NCBI GenBank assembly: GCA_010909165.1
Contig: MU008177.1
Span: 62,001-126,000, forward strand
Length of the DNA: 64,000 nt
Direction: 5' to 3'
Origin: Anthoceros angustus
Lineage: Eukaryota; Plantae; Anthocerotophyta
A model generated the notes under the pieces. The model saw only the letters and a program-made list of their open reading frames with translations. It made no database searches and was not told the origin of the DNA. Every line of letters starts with the position of its first letter. The stretch's first letter is position 1. Shown here piece after piece: positions 1 through 12,110 of this stretch. The translations under genes and the position numbers were made by a program.

Positions 1-405
1 AATGGTGAGAGGAAGCGCAGAAGGAGGCGGAGGAGGGTCGAGGCGCGGAGAACGCCACGACCGCCGAGGCCGGCAACACCAAGCCGGGCGAGGCTCGTGA
101 AGGCGGCGCGGAGGCGGAAGCCGGGCTAAGGTCGATCGATCACCGACGTGATCGAACCGTGGAGGGAGACGGGGTAGCCGCTGCAACTCAAGGCCGAACA
201 GTGGCATGAGCAGCAAGAGCCGTGAAGAAGAAATGGAGGCCAAGACCCGGAAATAGGGGACCTGTGGTGCAACTGCAGAAGGAGGAGCGCAAGAGCCGGA
301 AGGCAAGAAGACACCGAGCCGCAACTCCAAGACGCGGAGCAACACGGGATTCTCAACGGGAGAATCCAAGACTTCGAGCAGGAGATAGAGCGTCTCCAGC
401 TTCGC

Positions 406-1194
406 TTGAAGACGGAGGAGAATAGGCGGCGATCCAAGGAGTTGGACGTCGCCAGGCTGAAGAAGGAGCTGGAGGAAGCTAGGAGCCGGGCGGAGATACC
501 GGCCCGCCTGGAGAAGGAAGTGGCGACTGCAAGGATGAACGGAGGGACGAGAGCTCGGAGGAGGAGCAGAGGTCGCTTGTCCGATTATGGAGGCGAGGGG
601 AGCGAAGCCCATGGCCAAACCGTGGAGCTACAACGACGGAGGAGGAGCAAGCAGCAAAGGCCGCAGGAGGTGTTTGAGGCCGCCTTGGCGGCATCAAGGA
701 GTCCGCCCGGCCTGGGCTGGCAAGCCCGGCAAGGAGACGATCCAAAGAAGCCGACAACACGCCCAACTGCCGAGCACCTCTGGAGGAGGGAGTACCGGGT
801 GCTCCGGGCCCATGTGGAGGAGGCAATTCAACAAGTCGATTCGGACTTTGCCTACTACCACGGAGCTCCTCAAGGCCTGGAGGCCTTGCGCCACCAGTGG
901 ACGGACTTCCACGGTCAAGGAGGAGCGAGGGAGGAAGGCCCCGAGATAGACACGCCACGGGACCTTAGGAGCGCTTATTTGATGACGACAGCAGAAAAGC
1001 GAGGGGAGCATGGAGGAGCAGGACGCAGGAAGGCCGCTACCGAGGTAAGCACCACACCTCAAAGACGGAAGGAAGGGAGGAGGGCCCCGGGAGGCCGAGA
1101 AGGGCGATCCGGAAACCCGAACTACGGAGGGCTCTGCAGAGCCATTGATAAGTCCAATGGGGCGAGGCATGAGTCCGGACTTTGTCCTGACTGA
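406..1194 (+). other. GC-rich orphan ORF with coiled-coil-like N-terminus, probably a transposable-element remnant
   Basis: 262-codon ORF (KELDVARLKKELEEARSRAE...) in a GC-rich, R/E/G-biased tract followed by a minisatellite. No domain recognised; no introns seen. Confidence 0.2.
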
Positions 1195-1200
1195 AAGGCT

Positions 1201-1460
1201 GACCCCGAGGTCCGGACTGAAGAAGACCGGACCACGAGGTCGAGATTGGACCCCGAGGTCCGGACCACGAGGTCCGGACTCGAGGTCCGGACTCGAGGTC
1301 CGACTCAGAGACCGGACCTGAGGTCCGGACTCAGAGACCTGAGAGGTCCTGACCTAAGAAGACCGGACGAGGTCCGGACTGAAGAAGACCGACCTGATCC
1401 GGACTCAGAGAAGACTGACCTAGAGGTCCGACTGAGTCGAGATTGGACCCCGAGGTCCGA
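1201..1460. repeat. Degenerate minisatellite built on the core CGAGGTCCGGAC(T)
   Basis: Roughly ten variants of gaggtccg(g)ac, interleaved with recurring linkers gaagaagaccg, cagagacc and tcgagattggacccc. Confidence 0.85.
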
Positions 1461-2517
1461 GTGGAGCAGAAGGAGCCACCAACCACCAAATCGTAACCAT
1501 CTCTTAGAGGGCCCACGACAAGGGCCCACCACGAGACAAGAGAGATGGGAGGAGGACTTGGTGGTGACCTGTCGCCGTCCGTAGCTCACCGACAGAGTCC
1601 CGGGAGGTAGGGGCCCGCCTCGCGGATCATCCGATTGGGTGCAGCTTGTCGTGGCTAGGGCTTAGCCGCCAAGGCGGAATCAGAGCAACCCCCACCACCG
1701 ACGGCGAGATAGGCGGAATAAGGAAATAGTAGGCGGCCGATGGGGCGCACCAGCCGCCATCACCTGTAATAGGTGTAATAAAGACGCCGACCTTGGGCGA
1801 GTATAAGAGGGCCGAGGTCGCCTAGTAAAGTATCTTTCTTGGTGTTGATGCGCTTTCTCGCAGCCCTTGTGCGCTTCTGCTAACGTGAGTCCCGAGTCAT
1901 CGAAAGGTGCCCTGGGAGATCGATCAAGGTCCCGTGACGGACCCCAACGTGTGGTGGTGTGTGAAGAGCGATCAAGGACCCTTGCTCGCCCGAGCACCTC
2001 CGGAGGAGGCGGAGGAGGCGGAGGAGGTCCGGACCCGGGAGGTGTAGAGCCGGACGAGAAGCCCGGCAGAGCGACGAGGAGGTCCGACCGCAGCCACCCG
2101 CGATTTTCTCCAAGGACGATGAGTGTAGTGTGAATGGTGAGAGGAACGGACTAGAGGAACAAGTGACAAACTTGAATGATACAGACGCGAACGGGTCCTT
2201 AAACGTTTGGCCACGCGCCCGTCCTAACGCTTGAGTGCAGGTAGTTAGTCATAAAACGATGAATGTGTGTGTTGAGTCTGAAACGGGTACTACGTGAGGT
2301 GAGAAACAATTGAAACATGGCAAACGGAGCCTATCATTCTCTAGGAAACGGAACCCCTTACTACAACGACACGGGATTGTGCGCACCCGGCTGACCGTCA
2401 GCGAAAGTCGCGCCACAACCATCTTCACATACATACATCCAGGCTCCAACACTTTTCAACCTCAACTTCCAATCTCTGAATAAAGGTTAGGATTCCCCTA
2501 GCATATACGCAGACTAT

Positions 2518-2711
2518 CACTACTAGAAAAGGGGTGGTATTGTCACAGCTTATATCACGGTTTATGCAGCCTATTATGACGGTGCTACGCATCTTGTCAC
2601 ACTTTTGGTATAATGGTGGAGGAATGGTAACCAAACCTCTTGGTGTTGCAATCGCTTATTACGGAACTACGTGAATGCGTGTCACGAACTATGACCGTAT
2701 GAGTGTGACAA
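2518..2711 (+). mobile_element. CACTA (En/Spm) transposon terminus: TIR plus subterminal repeats, repeated in all 19 units
   Basis: CACTACTAGAAAA matches the CACTA TIR pattern. It is followed by TTGTCACA(C) at 2540 and 2594, GTGTCACG at 2679, inverted GTGTGACAA at 2703, and a TAT(C/G/T)ACGG/TATGACCG series, as expected for CACTA subterminal arrays. No opposite TIR (TTTTCTAGTAGTG) or transposase seen. Confidence 0.75.
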
Positions 2712-3307
2712 TTGAAGAATTATAACACTTTGTGTGCACGGGCCCGGGCGACATCGGACTCCATAACCATGGTTAACAATGCCTTTCAATTTTCCATTGT
2801 GGCTCAGAGAGACAATCTTGTGCTAGCCAGCTTGGATCTTTGGAACAAGTATTGTATTTTGTTTTTATGAATGCATGAGAGCACCCGCCAAAGAAAACAA
2901 AAATCAACGATGATGTTTGCAAAGGAATGAAAAAAGCCAACAATGATGTCCCTAAAGGAGTACTCAATCTAAGAAGAAAAGAAAAGGTGATGTATAGGTG
3001 TTATAGGTATTCCTAATCCTATCATTTTATTCAGTATGAGGAATTTTATACTCAACGCATTTTGTGATCGGCATCAAGTTTCGACCTTACGCTTTATTCT
3101 ATTCTTTTCATATTCATATCATGTCATGTACGTGAAAGAAATTGGGTTTATATTACATCCCTTTTGCCACTCGAGTTTGGATCTTAGTTCTCGAGATAAA
3201 TCCATCATTTAATACTATATATGTGTTTCCTTGGCTACATACTATTCAACTACTTTTTGACTTGAGAAGTAACAACCATCCGGTTTGTTTGTAACTTGAG
3301 TTCAAAG

Positions 3308-3470
3308 ATGACGACCCATACTCATCGCTAGTTTTTATTGCTTTGGCAATGGGTGCCATGATGGTGGATGGCAAGAATTTTGTTGAGCTCCAAGCGCGTG
3401 GGCACTAATAGTCATATTCACTCGGATGTCCAATACACTACGAGCAATACACCAACCTCCACTATCTCGA
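3308..3470 (+). pseudogene. Exon A: orphan signal-peptide exon paralogous to exon 1 of the EG45-like gene (in 16 units plus a terminal remnant)
   Basis: Encodes ...LVFIALAMGAMMVDG-KNFVELQAHVGTNSHIHSDVQYTTSNTPTSTIS, then a GTATGT donor. Aligns with exon 1 of B (FIALTMVVVILGVSG...HVRTFNHIESNVLYS, then GTATGT). ATG frame is ambiguous because of a variable patch and a T-run. Confidence 0.55.
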
Positions 3471-3623
3471 GTATGTATGAGATTTTTATGTTTGATTGTT
3501 GTTGGACAAGTTTTCTTGTTGCAATGTTGACTAAAAGTGGAAGTATATGTGTGAATTCTATAATTTTGTTTTTACATCATTTATCATTTTCTTTTTGATC
3601 TTTTTGAGCCAAGTGATTTCAAA

Positions 3624-4241
3624 ATGGAAAAAAAATCATTCTACTATATACCTTTTATTGCTTTGACAATGGTTGTTGTTATACTAGAGTGAGTGGTCAT
3701 TCAACTCTTGCGGAGGACATGTTAGAACGTTTAACCATATTGAGTCAAATGTGTTATACTCAGACAATATTTCATCTTCTCAAGTATGTACCGGTTGATA
3801 GTAGATCGCTGCATGATATTTTCTTAGAGCACACTTTTGGATAGATATGTGAAATGCATTTTCTCTGAATTAGGAAATAATTTTGACAAGTAAGAACTTA
3901 GTTTATCTATGTGGAATGCAGTGAGTTGTTTCCTCAACAACAAGCACAATATCTCAAAGTGGATCCCGCTTGACAAATAACAAGTGGAGTTTGGGCGAGG
4001 GGAGCAATGATTTGTGGGATAGTGGGAAGAATTGTGATGTAACCTTCGCTATGTGCATCGATATCGACACCATCACATGTAAGAGAGCACCAATAGATAT
4101 TCCTATTGCGTATCTATTAGTAGTAGGGGATCCGGCATTCCTTTTCAAGGAGAAGGAGTAGTGCTCGCAAGATGCATGGCAAGTCGTGTTTGGCGATCTG
4201 TGACTACAACAATTCACCTAGATCCATGTATATCCAGATAA
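3624..4241 (+). CDS. Gene B copy 1: secreted EG45-like / DPBB (expansin-related) protein, two exons
   Basis: Cross-copy consensus: MEKKSFYYIPFIALTMVVVILGVSG-HSTLRGGHVRTFNHIESNVLYS... | intron GTATGT 3784 to TGCAG 3921 | SCFLNNKHNISVDPxGQITSGVWAVGSNDLWDSGKNCDVTFAMC...IDTITCKRAPIDIPIADLLVVGDPGIPFQGEGVVLSQDAWQVVFGDxDYNNSPRSMYIQQ*. Motifs parallel EG45-like proteins (SEGLWDNGAAC, CK..TIDVKVVD, LSxDAF). Frameshifted as assembled. Confidence 0.6.
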
Positions 4242-6198
4242 TTTCATGGAGCTGGTAGCAACGCTTAGTAGCATGTGCATAAAGGATGGAATGTTTTCCT
4301 CATTGTAGTCACGTTGTTTTAAAATTTTACCAAAAAGCTTATGCTCCTTGTCTTGATAAAACCAAGAATATGGAGACTTTACGAAGAAAAGGAGATGGAA
4401 ATCCCATTTGCCCCGAGAAAAAGGAGGAAAGACCAAGCCAAGGGGACTAACCCTCACGACCGCTCATCTCGAAACTAACTACATACATGAAGAATTTCGT
4501 GGTTAGAGATATGAGAAGGCCTACCTACCAGGTAAGAGGCGCCGCATCCCGATTGCCGTCCTATACACGCCGTTACAGCGCCCTCTATATGGCGATGGAC
4601 ACCGTTTCCCAAGAAAGCCACAAGACAAGAAAAGGGGAGATCAACCCCATTATTCTTGCGATTGTGGTAAGCCTTGCACAGTCAAGGTGAAGTGGAAGGT
4701 TGCTGCTGGAGGCGGGCCCTGGGCAATGGAGGTAGGGATGTGGAGCCCTGCCCTGTGTGCCGTGGCTTGGGGCCATGAGGCCCCATCATGGTCCGAAGGT
4801 GGTTGCTATCCACGGAGAGTTAGCACACGCTTGTGGTATGAAACTTCCTTGTGGTTGCAATGTGCACAAACCGCAAATGACGGCGACCACCGACTTGTGG
4901 AATGCGGATGCGGATGAATGTTCCTGCTCTTGTCCCCTCGGCTCTGTTCACATGGAGTCGGCCGGACCTGACCCTCACACATCATCTACTACGGCTTGTG
5001 CCAAGCACCATCTTCACATACATAAATCCGTGCTCCAACACTTTTCAACCTCAACTTCCAATCTCTAAATAAAGGTTAGGATTCCCCTAGCATATACGCA
5101 GACTATCACTACTAGAAAAGGGGTGGTATTGTCACGCTTATATCACGGTTTATGCATTTATTATGACGGTGCTACGCATCTTGTCACACTTTTATATAAT
5201 GGTGGAGGAATGGTAACCAACCTCTTGGTGTTACCTTGCTTATTACGGAACTACGTGAATGCGTGTCACGAACTATGACCGTATGAGTGTGACAATTGAA
5301 GAATTATAACACTTTGTGTGCACGGGCCCGGGCGACATCGACTCCATAACCATGGTTAACAATGCCTTTCAATTTTCCATTGTGGCTCGGGAGACAATCT
5401 TGTGCTAGCCAAGCCTGATCGGAACAAGTATTGTATTTTGTTTTTATGAATGCATGAGAGCACCCGCCAAAGAAAACAAAAATCAACGATGATGTTTGCA
5501 AAGGAATGAAAAAAGCCAACAATGATGTCCCTAAAGGAGTACTCAATCTAAGAAGAAAAGAAAAGGTGATGTATAGGTGTTATAGGTATTCTAATCCTAT
5601 CATTTTATTCAGATGAGGAATTGCGTTTATACTCAACGATTTTGTGATCGGCATCAAGTTTCGACCTTACGCTTTTATTCTATTCTTTTCATATTCATAT
5701 CATGTCATGTACGTGTGAAAGAAATTGGGTTTATATTACATCCCTTTTGCTTGTCGAGTTTGGATCTTAGTTCTAGATAAATCCATCATTTAATACTATA
5801 TATGTGTTTTGGCTACATACTATTCAACTACTTTTTGGACTTGAGAAGTAACAACCATCCGTTTGTTTGTAACTTGAGTTCAAAGATGACGACCATACTC
5901 TCGCTAGTTTTTATTGCTTTGGCAATGGGTGCCATGATGGTGGATGGCAAGAATTTTGTTGAGCTCCAAGCGCGCGTGGGCACTAATAGTCATATTCACT
6001 CGGATGTCCAATACACTACGAGCAATACACCAACCTCCACTATCTCGAGTATGTATGATTTTTATGTTTGATTGTTGTTGGACAAGTTTTCTTGTTGCAA
6101 TGTTGACTAAAAGTGGAAGTATATGTGTGAATTCTATAATTTTGTTTTTACATCATTTTATCATTTTCTTTTGATCTTTTGAGCCAAGTGATTTCAAA

Positions 6199-6824
6199 AT
6201 GGAAAAAAAAATCATTCTACTATATACCTTTTATTGCTTTGACAATGGTTGTTGTTATACTAGGAGTGAGTGGTCATTCAACTCTTCGCGGAGGACATGT
6301 TAGAACGCTTAACCATATTGAGTCAAATGTGTTATACTCTACAATACGTTTCTTCTCTCAAGTATGTACCCGGGTTGATAGTAGATCGCTGCATGATATT
6401 TTTCTTAGAGCACACTTTGGATAGATATGTGAAATGCATTTTCTTCCGTGAATTAGGAAATAATTTTTGACAAGTAAGAACTTAGTTTATCTATGTGGGT
6501 CAGTGTGAGTTGTTTCCTCAACAACAAGCACAATATCTCGGTGGATCCTACGGACAAATAACAAGTGGAGTTTGGGCGAGGGAGCAATGATTTGTGGGAT
6601 AGTGGGAAGAATTGTGATGTAACCTTCGCTATGTGCGATCCCGATATCGACACCATCACATGTAAGAGAGCACCAATAGATATTCCTATTGCGGATCTAT
6701 TAGTAGTAGGGGATCCGGCATTCCTTTTCAAGGAGAAGGAGTAGTGCTCGCAAGATGCATGGTGTCGTGTTTGGCGATTCGAGACTACAACAATTCACCT
6801 AGATCCATGTATATCCAGCAGTAA
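6199..6824 (+). CDS. Gene B copy 2 (EG45-like DPBB), frameshifted as assembled
   Basis: Same ATG, donor, acceptor region and stop context as copy 1. Confidence 0.55.
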
Positions 6825-8793
6825 TTTCATGGAGCTGGTAGCAACGCTAGTAGCATGTGCATAAAGGATGGAATGTTTCCTCATTGTAGTCACGTTGTTT
6901 TAAAATTTTTACCAAAAGCTTATGCTCCTTGTCTTGATAAAACCAAGAATATGGAGACTTCTGAAAGAAAAGGAGATGGGAAATCCCATTTGCCCCGAGA
7001 AAAGGAGGAAAGACCAAGCCAAGGGGGACTAACCCTCACGACCGCTCATCTCGAAACTAACTACATACAGCGCGAAGAATTTCGTGGTTAGAGATATGAG
7101 AAGGCCTACCTACCACAGGGGCCGAAGGCGCCGCATCCCCAGTGCTTGCCGCCGTCCTATACACCGCGTTCGCCAACGCCCTCTATATGGCGATGGACAC
7201 CCGTTTCCCGAAGAAAGCCACAGTACAAGAAAGGGGGAGATCAACCCCATTATTCTTGCGATTGTGGTAAGCCTTGGCACAGTCAAGGTGAAGTGGAAGG
7301 TTGCTGCTGGGCGGGCCTGGGCAATGGAGGTAGGGATGGAGCCCCGCCGTGGCTTGGGGCCATGAGGCCCCATCATGGTCCAAGGTGGTTGCTATCCACG
7401 GAGAGTTAGCACACGCTTGTGGTATGAAACTTCCTTGTGGTTGCAATGTGCACAAACCGCAAATGACGACCACCGACTTGTGGAATGCGGATGCAGGATG
7501 AATGTTCCGGGCTCTTGTCCCTCGGCTCTCCCATTTACATGGAGAGTCTTGGCCGGACACGACCTCACATCATCTACTACGGCTTGTGCCAAGCACCATC
7601 TTCACATACATAAATCCAGGCTCCAACACTTTTCAACCTCAACTTCCAATCTCTAAATAAAGGTTAGGATTCCCCTAGCATATCGCAGACTATCACTACT
7701 AGAAAAGGGGTGGTATTGTCACACTTATATCACGGTTTATGCAGCCTATTATGACGGTGCTACGATCTTGTCACACTTTTGGTATAATGGTGGAGGAATG
7801 GTAACCAAACCTCTTGGTGTTGCAATCGCTTATTACGGAACTACGTGAATGCGTGTCACGAACTATGACCGTATGAGTGTGACAATTGAAGAATTATAAC
7901 ACTTTGTGTGCACGGGCCCGGGCCCGACATCGACTCCATAACCATGGTTAACAATGCCTTTCAATTTTCCATTGTGGCTCGGAGAGACAATCTTGTGCTA
8001 GCCGTGCTTCGGATCGGAACAAGTATTGTATTTTGTTTTTATGAATGCATGAGAGCACCCGCCAAAGAAAACAAAAATCAACGATGATGTTTGCAAAGGA
8101 ATGAAAAAGCCAACAATGATGTCCCTAAAGGAGTACTCAATCTAAGAAGAAAAGAAAAGGTGATGTATAGGTGTTATAGGTATTCCTATCATTTTATTCA
8201 GATGAGGAATTGCGTTTATACTCAACGCATTTTGTGATCGGCATCAAGTTTCACCTTACGCTTTTATTCTATTCTTTTCATATTCATATCATGTCATGTA
8301 TGCGTGTGAAAGAAATTGGGTTTATATTACATCCCTTTTGCCTTTTAGTTTGGATCTTAGTTCTAGATAAATCCATCATTTAATACTATATATGTGTTTC
8401 CTTGGCTACATACTATTCAACTACTTTTGGACTTGAGAAGTAACAACCATCCGTTTGTTTGTAACTTGAGTTCAAAGATGACGACCCATACTCTCGCTAG
8501 TTTTTATTGCTTTGGCAATGGGTGCCATGATGGTGGATGGCAAGAATTTTGTTGAGCTCCAAGCGCACGTGGGCACTAATAGTCATATTCACTCGGATGT
8601 CCAATACACTACGAGCAATACACCAACCTCCACTATCTCGAGTATGTATGAGATTTTTATGTTTGATTGTTGTTGGACAAGTTTTCTTGTTGCAATGTTG
8701 ACTAAAAGTGGAAGTATATGTGTGAATTCTATAATTTTGTTTTTTACATCATTTATCATTTTCTTTTGATCTTTTGAGCCAAGTGATTTCAAA

Positions 8794-9413
8794 ATGGAAA
8801 AAAAAATCATTCTACTATATACCTTTTATTGCTTTGACAATGGTTGTTGTTATACTAGGAGTGAGTGGTCATTCAACTCTTCGGAGGACATGTTAGAACG
8901 TTTAACCATATTGAGTCAAATGTGTTATACTCAAAATACAATAATTCATCTTCTCTCAAGTATGTACCGGGTTGATAGTAGATCGCTGCATGATATTTTC
9001 TTAGAGCACACTTTGGATAGATATGTGAAATGCATTTTCTTCGTGAATTAGGAAATAATTTTTGACAAGTAAGAACTTAGTTTATCTATGTGGAATGCGT
9101 GAGTTGTTTCCTCAACAACAAGCACAATATCTCTCTGGATCCCTGGACAAATAACAAGTGGAGTTTGGGCGAGGGAGCAATGATTTGTGGGATAGTGGGA
9201 AGAATTGTGATGTAACCTTCAGCCCTTGCATTCGATATACACCATCACATGTAAGAGAGCACCAATAGATATTCCTATTGCAGATCTATTAGTAGTAGGG
9301 GATCCCGATTCCTTTTCAAGGAGAAGGAGTAGTGCTCTCGCAAGATGCATGGCAAGTCGTGTTTGGCGATTGACTACAACAATTCACCTAGATCCATGTA
9401 TATCCAGCAGTAA
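8794..9413 (+). CDS. Gene B copy 3 (EG45-like DPBB), frameshifted as assembled
   Basis: Same structure as copy 1. Confidence 0.55.
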
Positions 9414-11366
9414 TTTCATGGAGTATGGCAACGCTAGTAGCATGTGCATAAAGGATGGAATGTTTTCCTCATTGTAGTCACGTTGCTTTAAAATTTTACC
9501 AAAAAGCTTATGCTCCTTGTCTTGATAAAACCAAACATGGAGACTTTACGAAGAAAAAGGAGATGGGAAATCCCATTTGCCCCGAGAAAAAGGAGGAAAG
9601 ACCAAGCCAAGGGGACTAACCCTCACGACCGCTCATCTCGAAACTAACTACATACAAGAATTTCGTGGTTAGAGATATGAGAAGGCCTACCTACCAGGGT
9701 CAAGACGCGCATCCCGGCTTGCCGCCGTCCTATACACTGCGTTAACGCCTCTATATGGCGATGGACACCTGCTTCCAAGAAAGCCACAAGACAAGAAAAG
9801 GGGAGATCAACCCCATTATTCTGCGATTGTGGTAAGCCTTGGCACAGTCAAGGTGAAGTGGAAGGTTGCTGGGCGGGCGGGCCTGGGCAATGGAGGTAGG
9901 GATGTGGAGCCCTGCCCAAAGCCCGTGGCTTGGGGCCATGAGGCCCCATCATGGTCCGAAGGTGGTTGCTATCCACGGAGAGTTAGCACACGCTTGTGGT
10001 ATGAAACTTCCTTGTGGTTGCAATGTGCACAAACCGCAAATGACGACCAGCACTTGTGGAATGCGGATGCAGGATGAATGTTCCTGCTCTTGTCCCTCGG
10101 CTCGCCCCCATTTACATGAGCCTGGCCGAGACCGACCTCACATCATCTACTACGGCTTGTGCCAAGCACCATCTTCACATACATAAATCCAGCTCCAACA
10201 CTTTTCAACCTCAACTTCCAATCTCTAAATAAAGGTTAGGATTCCCCTAGCATATACGCAGACTATCACTACTAGAAAAGGGGTGGTATTGTCACTTATA
10301 TCACGGTTTATGCAGCCTATTATGACGGTGCTACGATCTTGTCACACTTTTGGTATAATGGTGGAGGAATGGTAACCAAACCTCTTGGTGTTGCATTATT
10401 ACGGAACTACGTGAATGCGTGTCACGAACTATGACCGTATGAGTGTGACAATTGAAGAATTATAACACTTTGTGTGCACGGGCCCGGCCCCGACATCGGA
10501 CTCCATAACCATGGTTAACGATGCCTTTCAATTTTCCATTGTGGCTCGGGAGACAATCTTGTGCTAGCCAAAGCTTCGGATCGGAACAAGTATTGTATTT
10601 TGTTTTTATGAATGCATGAGAGCACCCGCCAAAGAAAACAAAAATCAACGATGATGTTTGCAAAGGAATGAAAAAAATAACAATGATGTCCCTAAAGGAG
10701 TACTCAATCTAAGAAGAAAAGAAAAGGTGATGTATAGGTGTTATAGGTATTCCTAATCCTATCATTTTATTCAGATGAGGAATTGCGTTTATACTCAACG
10801 ATTTTGTGATCGGCATCAAGTTTCGTATACGCTTTATTCTATTCTTTTCATATTCATATCATGTCATGTACGTGTGAAAGAAATTGGGTTTATATTACAT
10901 CCCTTTTGCCACCGCCGAGTTTGGATCTTAGTTCTCGAGATAAATCCATCATTTAATACTATATATGTGTTTCCTTGGCTACATACTATTCAACTACTTT
11001 TTGGACTTGAGAAGTAACAACCATCCGGTTTGTTTGTAACTTGAGTTCAAAGATGACGACCCATACTCTGCTAGTTTTATTGCTTTGGCAATGGGTGCCA
11101 TGATGGTGGATGGCAAGAATTTTGTTGAGCTCCAAGCTTGCGTGGCACTAATAGTCATATTCACTCGGATGTCCAATACACTACGAGCAATACACCAACC
11201 TCCACTATCTCGAGTATGTATGAGATTTTTATGTTTGATTGTTGTTGGACAAGTTTTCTTGTTGCAATGTTGACTAAAAGTGGAAGTATATGTGTGAATT
11301 CTATAATTTTGTTTTTTACATCATTTATCATTTTCTTTTTGATCTTTTGAGCCAAGTGATTTCAAA

Positions 11367-11990
11367 ATGGAAAAAAAATCATTCTACTATATACCTTTTT
11401 ATTGCTTTGACAATGGTTGTTGTTATACTAGGAGTGAGTGGTCATTCAACTCTTCGCGGAGGACATGTTAGAACGTTTAACCATATTGAGTCAAATGTGT
11501 TATACTCGGCAAGAATACTGATTTCATCTTCTCTCAAGTATGTACGGGTTGATAGTAGATCGCTGCATGATATTTTTCTTAGAGCACACTTTGGATAGAT
11601 ATGTGAAATGCATTTTCTTCCGTGAATTAGGAAATAATTTTGACAAGTAAGAACTTAGTTTATCTATGTGGAATGCAGAGTTGTTTCCTCAACAACAAGC
11701 ACAATATCTCGATGGATCCCTTGGACAAATAACAAGTGGAGTTTGGGCGAGGGAGCAATGATTGTGGGATAGTGGGAAGAATTGTGATGTAACCTTCGCT
11801 ATGTGCATTCGATATCGACACCATCACATGTAAGAGAGCACCAATAGATATTCCTATTGCATCTATTAGTAGTAGGGGATCCCGGCATTCCTTTTCAAGG
11901 AGAAGGAGTAGTGCTCTCGCAAGATGCATGGCAAGTGTTTGGCGATTCGGACTACAACAATTCACCTAGATCCATGTATATCCAGCGTAA
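11367..11990 (+). CDS. Gene B copy 4 (EG45-like DPBB), frameshifted as assembled
   Basis: Same structure. Retains in-frame GGGGATCCCGGC and GATTCGGACTAC patches. Confidence 0.55.
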
Positions 11991-12110
11991 TTTCATGGAG
12001 CTGGTAGCAACGCTAGTAGCATGTGCATAAAGGATGGAATGTTTTCCTCATTGTAGTCACGTTGCTTTAAAATTTTACCAAAAAGCTTATGCTCCTTGTC
12101 TTGATAAAAC

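Noticed and set aside
2133-2146. 14-mer AATGGTGAGAGGAA shared with positions 1-14, suggesting LTRs or a 2.1-kb repeat
   Set aside because: Similarity does not extend to the right, and the left side is outside the window.
2773-2967. Recurrent minus-strand ORF MSTPLGTSLLAFFIPLQ... and many other repeated 60-100 aa ORFs in the track
   Set aside because: They recur only because the unit repeats. No motif, or they are antisense/out-of-frame shadows of gene B and segment C.
3380-3470. Exon A read on the minus strand as copia protease continuation or an integrase zinc-finger-like stretch
   Set aside because: The plus-strand reading is better supported by the signal peptide, homology to exon B1 and the conserved donor. 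The minus frame needs a frameshift and hits a stop.
4242-4282. Longer C-terminus for gene B (TTTIHLDPCISSSNFMELVATLVACA*)
   Set aside because: The diverged paralog conserves the DYxNSxxSxYxQQ* frame and its TAA, so the earlier stop is preferred.
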